Positions 44,166-53,387 of a stretch of 55,424 nt of DNA are shown here, piece by piece. Where the stretch lies: NCBI GenBank assembly GCA_022616375.1, contig JAKEEW010000265.1:1-55424 (forward strand). The letters are read 5' to 3'. The DNA is from Sporichthyaceae bacterium. GTDB taxonomy: Bacteria > Actinomycetota > Actinomycetes > JAKEEW01. The notes beneath the pieces are model-generated. The model did not search any database, was not told the origin of the DNA, and was given only the letters and a program-made list of their open reading frames with translations. Both the position numbers and the translations under genes were made by a program. Within the stretch, counting starts at the first letter, position 1, and every line of letters starts with the position of its first letter.

Positions 44166-45620
44166 ATGACCAGTGTGACTAGGCGTACTTTCATCAAGGG
44201 CGCGGCGGCCGGAGCCGGGGTCGCCGTCGCCGGACCATTCCAGGGCGTGGCCGCGCGGGCGGCGACGGTCCGCAATGGCGGCACGGTGCGGGCGAGCGCG
44301 CCGCACCCGGGCTACGGACCGCTCATCCCTACCCCTGACCTCAGGGACGGCACCACCCGGCTGGCACTGCCCGAGGGCTTCTCCTACCGCTCCTTTGCCC
44401 CGCGTGGGTTCGTCATGGACGACGGGGTGGCGACCCCGGCTCGGCACGACGGGATGGCCTGCTTCAACGGCCCTGGGCGCAACTTCGTGCTGATCCGCAA
44501 CCACGAGGTCAACGGGCCGGTGCCGGCATTCGGCGACCCGGCAACCGCGTACGACACGATGACCGGCGGCGGCACCACCCGCGTGGTCATCACCCGGTTC
44601 GGCGAGGTGTTACACAGCGAGGTCAGCTGCAACGGCACCCAGATGAACTGCTCGGGCGGACCGATGCTATGGGGTTCCTGGATTAGCTGCGAGGAGACCG
44701 TGAACGGTCCCGATGTCGGCCCTGACTTCACCGGCGCGCCCAACACGGCGCTCACGCAGACGCACGGCTACGTCCACGAGGTGCGCGCGCGGGCCAACGG
44801 CGCGGTCAAGACCACCCCGGTCAGGTCGGCCGGGCGGTTCGCGCACGAGTCGGTGGCGTACGACCCGTTCTTCAACCACCTGTATCTGACCGAGGACAAC
44901 TTCGCGTTCCCGAGCGGTTTCTATCGCTACCGGCCGCCGGACCACGCGTTGTTCCGCCGCCGGATCAGTGACGGTGGCCGGTTGCAGATGCTGGCGGTGA
45001 AGGGTCAGCCGAACGCGGACCTGTCCGGGCACTTCGAGATCGGCACCACGTTCGACACCGAGTGGGTCACCATCGACGACCCGGACCCGACGTTCGCCCC
45101 CGGGACCACGAACGACCAGGCGCTGGTCGCGGTGTCCAACCAGGGTCTGGCGAAGGGTGCGGCGATGTTCTCCCGGCTCGAGGGCTCGGCCTGGGATCTC
45201 GGCGTGGTCTACTTCACCTCCACCCAGGGTGGCGCGCTCGACCCGTCCCAACCGCCGCCGGCCGGGTTCGGAGACGGCCGTGGGCAGATCTGGGCCTACC
45301 GGCCGCTGACCGGGCGGCTGCGGCTGGTGTACGAGTCGACCGGGCTGGATGTGCTCGACCTGCCGGACAACGTGACCACCAGCCGGCGCGGTTCGCTGGT
45401 GATCTGCGAGGACGGGCTGGACGGGCAGAGCTTCCTGCGCGGGCTCACCCCGGGCGGGCTGCTGTTCGACTTCGCCCAGAACGTCACCGCGGGCACCACC
45501 GGTGACGAGTTCGCCGGATCCACGTTCAGCCCGGACGGACACACCCTGTTCGTCAACATCCAGTCGTCGTTCGGCATCTCGTTCGCGATCTGGGGACCCT
45601 GGGCCAAGGGCGGCTTCTAG
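44166..45620 (+). CDS. phoX: Tat-exported PhoX-family (DUF839) alkaline phosphatase
   Basis: TRRTFIK Tat motif; HDGM, RNHE, NCSGG, SCEE, GRFAHE, RLEG, PDN, CED, EFAG.TFSPDG.TLFVNIQ. Confidence 0.88.
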   Translation: MTSVTRRTFIKGAAAGAGVAVAGPFQGVAARAATVRNGGTVRASAPHPGYGPLIPTPDLRDGTTRLALPEGFSYRSFAPRGFVMDDGVATPARHDGMACFNGPGRNFVLIRNHEVNGPVPAFGDPATAYDTMTGGGTTRVVITRFGEVLHSEVSCNGTQMNCSGGPMLWGSWISCEETVNGPDVGPDFTGAPNTALTQTHGYVHEVRARANGAVKTTPVRSAGRFAHESVAYDPFFNHLYLTEDNFAFPSGFYRYRPPDHALFRRRISDGGRLQMLAVKGQPNADLSGHFEIGTTFDTEWVTIDDPDPTFAPGTTNDQALVAVSNQGLAKGAAMFSRLEGSAWDLGVVYFTSTQGGALDPSQPPPAGFGDGRGQIWAYRPLTGRLRLVYESTGLDVLDLPDNVTTSRRGSLVICEDGLDGQSFLRGLTPGGLLFDFAQNVTAGTTGDEFAGSTFSPDGHTLFVNIQSSFGISFAIWGPWAKGGF

Positions 45621-45679
45621 GCGCGCCCTCCGCCCTCCCGGCTCCGGGCTCCCTGCTCCGGTCTCCGCGCCCCTTCGGC

Positions 45680-45753
45680 GATCATTACTCGCGGAATGAG
45701 CAATTGATCACCCAGTTTGCGGCTTTTGTCGGCGCAAACCGCGAGTAATGATC
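45680..45753. repeat. 74-bp palindromic REP/MITE-like element, family B copy 2
   Basis: Perfect 20-bp arms 45675-45694 and 45739-45758; gatcattac...gtaatgatc. Confidence 0.85.
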
Positions 45754-45788
45754 GCCGATGGCGGGGGCACCGGTCTTAGGGTGGGGCC

Positions 45789-46139
45789 GTGATCGTAGGG
45801 GTCGGCATCGACGTGGTCGACGTCGAGCGCTTCGTCGAGTCGATGCAGCGCACCCCCGGCCTGGCCGAGCGGGTGTTCACCGAGACCGAGCGGCACGTCG
45901 GCCCGGCCTCGCTGGCGGCCAGGTTTGCCGCCAAGGAGGCGGTGGCCAAGGCGCTCGGCGCGCCCGGTGGGCTGCGCTGGCACGACTGTGAGGTGCTCAC
46001 CGCCGACTCCGGCCGACCGTCTCTGGTGATCACCGGAACCGTAGCCGCCCGGGCCGCGATGCTCGGGATCCGGACCTGGCACGTGTCGATGAGCCACGAC
46101 GCCGGCATCGCCAGTGCTGTGGTGATCGCCGAGAGCTGA
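45789..46139 (+). CDS. acpS: Holo-ACP synthase
   Basis: GVGIDVV; [15 protein letters not shown]; SMSHD. Confidence 0.96.
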   Translation: MIVGVGIDVVDVERFVESMQRTPGLAERVFTETERHVGPASLAARFAAKEAVAKALGAPGGLRWHDCEVLTADSGRPSLVITGTVAARAAMLGIRTWHVSMSHDAGIASAVVIAES

Positions 46140-46152
46140 GATCCTGGCTGCT

Positions 46153-47649
46153 ATGAGGTTCGGGTACCCGGTTGCCACGGTGCGCCGGGCCGAGGCCGAG
46201 CTGATGGCCTCGCTGCCGACCGGCGCGCTGATGCGCCGCGCGGCCGGCGGGCTCGCCGCGGCCGGCGTCGAGCTGCTCGGCAGGCAGGTCTACGGCAGCC
46301 GTGTAGTGCTGCTGGTGGGGTCGGGAGACAACGGCGGCGACGCGTTGTTCGCCGGCGCCACGCTGGCGCGGCGCGGTGCGGTAGTCACCGCGGTGCTGCT
46401 CGACCCGGACCGCGCGCATCCCGCCGGGCTGGCCGCGTTGCGGGTAGCCGGCGGGCTGTCTGTCCCGGCCTTCCCGGACTCCGGCCGCCGAGTCGCCGCG
46501 GCTGCCGAGCAGGCGATCCGGACCGCCGAGCTGGTCCTGGACGGGATCGTCGGGATTGGCGCCACCGGCCCGCTGCGCGCCGAGCCGGCCGCCGTCGTGG
46601 CGCTGCTGGCCGATGCCCCGGCCACAGTGGTCGCGGTCGACCTGCCAAGTGGGGTCGATCCGGATACCGGAGCGGTTCCGGGGCCGGCCGTCCGCGCGGA
46701 TGTCACGGTCACGTTCGGCGCCTATAAGCCCGGCCTGCTGGTCGATCCGGGCGCCGGACATGCCGGCGTCGTTCAGTTGGTGGACATCGGGCTCGATCCG
46801 TACCTAGCCGAGCCCTCGCTCGCCGCGCTGCAGGCTGTCGATGTCGCTGCGGCCTGGCCCTGGCCGGGCGGGCCGGAGATGGACAAATACCGCCGTGGCG
46901 TAGTCGGCGTGTTCGCCGGCTCGGCCGGCTATCCGGGCGCCGCGGTGCTCGCTGTCGGCGGTGCGCTGCGCGGTGGTGCCGGCATGGTCCGCTACGTCGG
47001 GCCGGACCGGGTCGCAGCGCTCGTGCGCGCCCGCTGGCCGGAGGCGGTGGTCGCGACCAAACCGGCGGACGCGGGCCGGGTACAGGCCTGGGTGGCCGGG
47101 CCCGGGCTCGGCACCGATCCGGCGGCCGCCGGCCAGCTGGACGAGGTGCTGGCCACCGATCATCCGGTGCTGCTGGATGCGGACGCCCTCACGCTGCTGG
47201 CCGGCCGCGGCGGGCTGGACCGGACCGCGCCCACGTTGCTCACTCCGCACGCGGGGGAGGCGGCCCGGCTGCTCGGCCACGACGACCGGGCCAGGATCGA
47301 GGCCGACCGGCTGGCCGCGGTGACCGAGTTGGCCCGGCGCTACCGGGCGACCGTGCTGCTCAAGGGCACCACCACGCTGATCGCCGGACCCGACGCCGGC
47401 GATGCCCGCAGTACGCCGATCCGGGTGAACCCGACCGGCACTCCTTGGCTGGCCACCGCAGGCAGCGGAGACGTGCTGTCCGGGCTGGCCGGATCGCTGC
47501 TGGCCGCCGGCCTCCAGCCGGTCGACGCCGGTTCGGTCGGCGCCTACCTGCACGGGCTCGCCGCCCGGCTGGCCGCTGACGCCGGAGTCCCGATCACCGC
47601 CGGCGACGTCCTCGATGCCCTGCGTCATGCGGTGGCGGCTATCCGCTGA
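46153..47649 (+). CDS. nnr: Bifunctional NAD(P)HX epimerase/dehydratase (YjeF)
   Basis: GSGDNGGD; VDLPSG; KYRRG; GPGLG; LDADAL; LTPHAGE; TAGSGDVLSG. Confidence 0.95.
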   Translation: MRFGYPVATVRRAEAELMASLPTGALMRRAAGGLAAAGVELLGRQVYGSRVVLLVGSGDNGGDALFAGATLARRGAVVTAVLLDPDRAHPAGLAALRVAGGLSVPAFPDSGRRVAAAAEQAIRTAELVLDGIVGIGATGPLRAEPAAVVALLADAPATVVAVDLPSGVDPDTGAVPGPAVRADVTVTFGAYKPGLLVDPGAGHAGVVQLVDIGLDPYLAEPSLAALQAVDVAAAWPWPGGPEMDKYRRGVVGVFAGSAGYPGAAVLAVGGALRGGAGMVRYVGPDRVAALVRARWPEAVVATKPADAGRVQAWVAGPGLGTDPAAAGQLDEVLATDHPVLLDADALTLLAGRGGLDRTAPTLLTPHAGEAARLLGHDDRARIEADRLAAVTELARRYRATVLLKGTTTLIAGPDAGDARSTPIRVNPTGTPWLATAGSGDVLSGLAGSLLAAGLQPVDAGSVGAYLHGLAARLAADAGVPITAGDVLDALRHAVAAIR

Positions 47650-47702
47650 CCCGAGCCTGTCGCGCCGTTGATCAAGATAGCTGCCATGCCAGACTGTGCG
47701 GG

Positions 47703-48847
<1,145 letters not shown>

Positions 48848-48851
<4 letters not shown>

Positions 48852-49918
48852 GCCGGTTGCAAGCGGCGGGCAAGCGGGCCGGGGTCTTCGGGGCCGCGGT
48901 CGGTGTCGTCGCTGCCGGCGCTGCGGTCGGGCTGGCCGCCGAGCGGTACGCGGTGGGCCGCTCGTTCCGCCGTGGTGACCCGGCCAGGGGGGAGCCGTTC
49001 GGCGAGCTGCGCGGCACCCCGACCTACGTTGTCTCCGACGACAGCATCGACCTGTACGTCGAGGTCGAGGGCGACCTGGACGCCGATCTGACCATCTTGT
49101 TCGTGCACGGCTATGCGCTGAACCAGGACGCCTGGCACTACCAGCGCAAGGAGCTGGGCGACCTGGGCCGGCTGGTGTTCTACGACCAGCGGGCGCACGG
49201 CCGGTCCGCGCGCGGCACCCGGGAGCGGGCCACCATCGACCAGCTCGCCCACGATCTGCGCGCGGTGATCGACGCGGTCGCCCCGGACGGTCCGATCGTG
49301 CTGGTCGGGCACTCCATGGGCGGGATGACCATCATGGCGCTGGCCGACCAGTATCCAGGTCTGTTCGGCGACCGGATCACCGGCGCCGCGCTGCTGTCCT
49401 CCTCGCCCGGCCGGCTGGCCGAGGTGACCATCGGAGCGCCGGCCTATACCGGGCGGATCCTGCACAAGCTTGCGCCCGGCTTCATTGCCGCCCTGGCCAG
49501 GCAGGCCGAGCTGGTGGACAAGAGCCGCCGGGTCGGAAGCGACTTGTCGTACGTATTGACCAAGCGGCTCGCGTTCGCCTCCGACGTGCCGCCCACCCTG
49601 GTCAGGTTCGCCGCCCGGATGCTGGCCCAGACCCCGATCGACGTCGTGGCCGACTTCTTCCCCGCCTTCGACGCGCACGACAAGCTGTCCGCGCTGTCGG
49701 TGTTGCAGCATGTCGAGACACTGGTCATGGTCGGCTCGCACGACCTGCTGACCCCGGAGGAGCACAGCAAGGACATCGTCCGGGCGGTGCCTGGGGCGGA
49801 GCTGGTGGTAGTCCCCAACGCCGGGCACCTGCTGACCCTCGAGCATCCGGAGCCGGTCAACCGAGCGCTGCGCGAGCTGGTCGAGCGAGCCCGGCGGACC
49901 ACCGGCGCACGCCGATGA
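48848..49918 (+). CDS. Alpha/beta hydrolase
   Basis: FVHGY; YDQRAHGRS; GHSMG; AGH; GTGA overlap with alr. Confidence 0.9.
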
Positions 49919-50589
49919 CCGGGCAGCAACCCCTGCCCCTGCCCCTGCCGCTGGTGCCGGGCCCGCTGGCGCAGGCGCCGGTGGTGCCGGCCCCGGTAGA
50001 GCTGGCACCCACCATGGACAGCTGGTCCGACCTGGTCGAGACCGTGACCGGCTGTGTCGCGTGCGCCGAGCTCGCCGCCGGCCGGACCCACGTGGTCCCC
50101 GGGGTGTATCCGGACGGCGCGGACGTGCTGCTGATCGGCGAGGCACCGGGCGCGCAGGAGGATGCCAGCGGGGTCCCCTTCGTCGGCAAGGCCGGCCAGG
50201 TCCTCGACGCGTTGCTGGGCGCGGCCGGGTTGGCCCGCGACCGGGTCGCGGTCGCCAACGTGCTCAAGTGCCGCCCGCCCGGCAACCGCAAGCCCAAGCG
50301 GTCGGAGATGGCGACCTGCACGCCTTGGCTGGACCGCCAGCTCGAGCTGATCGACCCGGTGCTGGTCATCACGCTCGGCGGGACCGCGGCCGAGTGGGCG
50401 CTCGGTTCCGGCACGAAGATCTCCGCGGCGCGCGGCGCACCGCACCAGTTCCGCGGCCGTTCCCTGCTGGTCACCTACCATCCGTCGGCTGCGATCAGGT
50501 TTGGCCCGAACGGCGCGCCGATGCGGGCTTTGCGCGACGACCTGGCCAGCGCGGCCGAGCTGGTCGACCGGCTGCGGGCGCGACGCTGA
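49915..50589 (+). CDS. Uracil-DNA glycosylase family 4 (Fe-S)
   Basis: CVAC; IGEAPG..ED..G.PFVG; NVLKCRPPGNR; YHPSA. Confidence 0.92.
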   Translation: MTGQQPLPLPLPLVPGPLAQAPVVPAPVELAPTMDSWSDLVETVTGCVACAELAAGRTHVVPGVYPDGADVLLIGEAPGAQEDASGVPFVGKAGQVLDALLGAAGLARDRVAVANVLKCRPPGNRKPKRSEMATCTPWLDRQLELIDPVLVITLGGTAAEWALGSGTKISAARGAPHQFRGRSLLVTYHPSAAIRFGPNGAPMRALRDDLASAAELVDRLRARR

Positions 50590-51092
50590 TGGTAGCGACC
50601 AGGTCGGATCAGCGGGAGCTGACCGTCGCTACCGGCGCGGACATGCAGGCGCTCGGCCGGTCGCTGGCCGGCCGGCTGCTGGCCGGTGATCTGGTGCTGC
50701 TGTCCGGCGACCTGGGCGCCGGCAAGACCACCCTGACCCAGGGCATCGGTGCCGCGCTCGGCGTGCGCGGGCCGATCACCTCACCCACGTTCGTGATCGC
50801 CAGGGTGCATCCGTCTCTGGTCGGCGGACCGCCGCTGGTGCACGTGGACGCCTACCGGCTCGACGGCTGGGACGAGATGGAGGACCTCGATCTGGAAGCC
50901 TCGCTGGACGAAGCGGTCACCGTGGTCGAATGGGGCACCGGTCTGGTCGAGGGACTAGCCGATGATCGGCTCGAGATCGCGATCTGGCGAGCCCACGGTG
51001 CGCAGGTGACCTCCGAGGTCCGGACCGTCCGGATCCGGCCGGTGGGCGGGCGGTGGGCTGAGGAACCGTTGCCGGGCGGCTCGCGCGGCTAG
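50589..51092 (+). CDS. tsaE: t6A biosynthesis ATPase TsaE
   Basis: GDLGAGKTT; TSPTF; HVDAYRL; VEW. Confidence 0.96.
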   Translation: MVATRSDQRELTVATGADMQALGRSLAGRLLAGDLVLLSGDLGAGKTTLTQGIGAALGVRGPITSPTFVIARVHPSLVGGPPLVHVDAYRLDGWDEMEDLDLEASLDEAVTVVEWGTGLVEGLADDRLEIAIWRAHGAQVTSEVRTVRIRPVGGRWAEEPLPGGSRG

Positions 51093-51101
51093 CCTGGCGG
51101 C

Positions 51102-51740
51102 ATGCTGCTGCTGGCATTCGACACCGCCACCCCGGCGGTCACGGTCGCGGTGTGCGACGGCGACCTGACCTTGGCCGAGCACACGGTGGTGGATGCCCGC
51201 CGACACGGTGAGCTGCTCGCGCCCGGGATCCGCACCGTGCTCGACACCGCCGGGATCACCCGCCAGCAGCTGGCCGGCATCGCGGTCGGAGTTGGCCCGG
51301 GGCCGTTCACCGGATTGCGGGTCGGGCTGGTCACCGCCCGGGTGCTCGGGGCGACCCTGGACATCCCGGTCTTCGGGGTATGCACGCTGGACGGGTTGGC
51401 CGAGCTGGCCGGGCGCACCGGCGAGTATGGAGTGGCCACCGACGCGCGCCGCAAGGAGGTCTACTGGGCTCGCTATGCCGGCCCGGACCGGCTTGACGGG
51501 CCGCAGGTGTCCCGGCCCGACGACGCCGGTAAGGCGCTGGCCAGCCTGCCGGTGGTCGGAGCGGGTGCCGCGCTCTACCCGGACGCGTTCCCCGATTCGT
51601 GCGAACCGCAGCTACCGGTCGCGGCCGCGCTGGCTAGCTGGGTCACAGCCGGCCGGCCGACCCTGCCGCCGCTGCCGCTGTACCTGCGCCGGCCGGACGC
51701 GGTCGCCCCAGGTCCACCGAAGCGGGTCAGCCCGCGATGA
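51102..51740 (+). CDS. tsaB: t6A biosynthesis protein TsaB
   Basis: LAFDTAT; HGELL; GPGPFTGLRVG; DARRKEVY. Confidence 0.96.
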   Translation: MLLLAFDTATPAVTVAVCDGDLTLAEHTVVDARRHGELLAPGIRTVLDTAGITRQQLAGIAVGVGPGPFTGLRVGLVTARVLGATLDIPVFGVCTLDGLAELAGRTGEYGVATDARRKEVYWARYAGPDRLDGPQVSRPDDAGKALASLPVVGAGAALYPDAFPDSCEPQLPVAAALASWVTAGRPTLPPLPLYLRRPDAVAPGPPKRVSPR

Positions 51741-52282
51741 CCGGCGCCACCGGGCCGATCGACCGGACCGGGATCGCCGACCCGGCCGAGCGGGCCGCGG
51801 CGTTCCGGCGCAGCCGCCCGGAGGTCAGGTTCCGGCGGATGCGGTGGTGGGACATCCCGGCCGCGGCGGCGCTGGAACGGCAGCTGTTCCAGCACGATCC
51901 CTGGTCGGTCGAGATGTTCTGGGGTGAGCTCGCCTGGGTGCCGGACACCCGGTACTACCGGGTCGCCGAGGACGAGACCGGTCGGATGGTCGGCTATGCC
52001 GGTTTGATGGCGGTGCGGGACGAGGGCACCATCCAGACCGTCGGAGTGCACCCGGACCTGCACGGCAGCGGGCTCGGGCACGCGCTGCTCGACCAGCTGC
52101 TGGCCGAAGCCGCCAGGCGCGACTGCCGCCAGATCTTCCTCGAGGTGCGCGCGGACAACCGGCCGGCGCTCGGCCTCTACGAGCGGTTCGGCTTCACCAC
52201 GCTCGGCCGGCGCCGGGACTACTACGGGCCAGGTGTCGACGCACTGACCATGCGACTCACCCTGACCCGTGCGGCTCGCTAG
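51737..52282 (+). CDS. rimI: Ribosomal-protein alanine N-acetyltransferase
   Basis: DPWS; GSGLG; LEVRADN..A..LY..FGF; RRDYY; lies between tsaB and tsaD. Confidence 0.92.
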   Translation: MTGATGPIDRTGIADPAERAAAFRRSRPEVRFRRMRWWDIPAAAALERQLFQHDPWSVEMFWGELAWVPDTRYYRVAEDETGRMVGYAGLMAVRDEGTIQTVGVHPDLHGSGLGHALLDQLLAEAARRDCRQIFLEVRADNRPALGLYERFGFTTLGRRRDYYGPGVDALTMRLTLTRAAR

Positions 52283-52291
52283 GGTCCGGCC

Positions 52292-53341
52292 ATGGAACCG
52301 CTGGTGCTGGGCATCGAGACGTCCTGCGACGAGACCGGGGTAGGGCTGGTCCGCGGCACCACGCTGCTGGCCGACGCGGTGGCCTCCAGCGTGGCCGAGC
52401 ACGCCCGCTTCGGCGGGGTGGTGCCCGAGGTGGCCAGTCGCGCGCACTTGGAGGCGATGCTGCCGACCGTGGATCGGGCGCTGTCCGAGGCCGGCGTCCG
52501 GCTCGCCGATGTCGACGGGATCGCGGTCACCGCTGGTCCCGGCCTGGCCGGGGCGCTGCTGGTCGGGGTAGCGGCGGCCAAGGCCTACGCGATGGCGCTG
52601 GACAAGCCGCTCTACGGGGTGAACCACCTGGCCGCGCACGTCGCGGTCGACCAGCTCGAACACGGTCCGCTGCCGCAGCCGTGCCTGGCCCTGCTGGTGT
52701 CCGGCGGGCATTCCTCGCTGCTGCTGGTGCCGGATGTCACCGCCGACGTCCAACCACTTGGCGCCACCATCGACGACGCGGCCGGCGAGGCGTTCGACAA
52801 GGTAGCCAGGGTGCTCGGGTTGCCGTTTCCCGGTGGACCGCACATCGACCGGGTAGCCAGGGACGGCGACCCGGCGGCGATCGACTTCCCGCGCGGGCTG
52901 ACCGGACCGCGCGATGCGGTCTACGACTTCTCGTTCTCCGGGCTCAAGACCGCGGTGGCCCGCTGGGTGGAGGCTCGCGAGCAGGCCGGCGAAACGGTTC
53001 CGGTGGCCACCGTCGCGGCCGCGTTCCAGGAGGCCGTGGTGGACGTGCTGACCCGCAAGGCGGTGGCTGCCTGCCGCGACCACGGCGTGCTCGACCTGGT
53101 GATCGGCGGCGGCGTAGCGGCGAACTCGCGGCTGCGCGCGGTCGCCGAACAGCGATGTGCGGCAGCCGGAATCCGGCTGCGGGTGCCACGGCCGAAGCTG
53201 TGCACCGACAACGGTGCGATGGTGGCGGCGCTCGGCGCCGAGCTGATCGCCCGCGACCGGCCGGCGTCCGCGCTCGACCTGCCGACCGACCCGTCGCTGC
53301 CAATCACCGAGGTATTGGTCGGTGCGCCGGGTTTGTCGTGA
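52292..53341 (+). CDS. tsaD: t6A transferase TsaD
   Basis: [11 protein letters not shown]; [12 protein letters not shown]; HLAAH; SGGH; [10 protein letters not shown]; CTDNGAM. Confidence 0.98.
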   Translation: MEPLVLGIETSCDETGVGLVRGTTLLADAVASSVAEHARFGGVVPEVASRAHLEAMLPTVDRALSEAGVRLADVDGIAVTAGPGLAGALLVGVAAAKAYAMALDKPLYGVNHLAAHVAVDQLEHGPLPQPCLALLVSGGHSSLLLVPDVTADVQPLGATIDDAAGEAFDKVARVLGLPFPGGPHIDRVARDGDPAAIDFPRGLTGPRDAVYDFSFSGLKTAVARWVEAREQAGETVPVATVAAAFQEAVVDVLTRKAVAACRDHGVLDLVIGGGVAANSRLRAVAEQRCAAAGIRLRVPRPKLCTDNGAMVAALGAELIARDRPASALDLPTDPSLPITEVLVGAPGLS

Positions 53342-53387
53342 CTATCGGCGTTGACGGGACCTGTCCGAGTGCTCCAGCATTCGCCCG

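Noticed and set aside
47666-47680. gttgatcaag as another GATC-capped element
   Set aside because: Only a short palindrome with no partner arm about 70 bp away.
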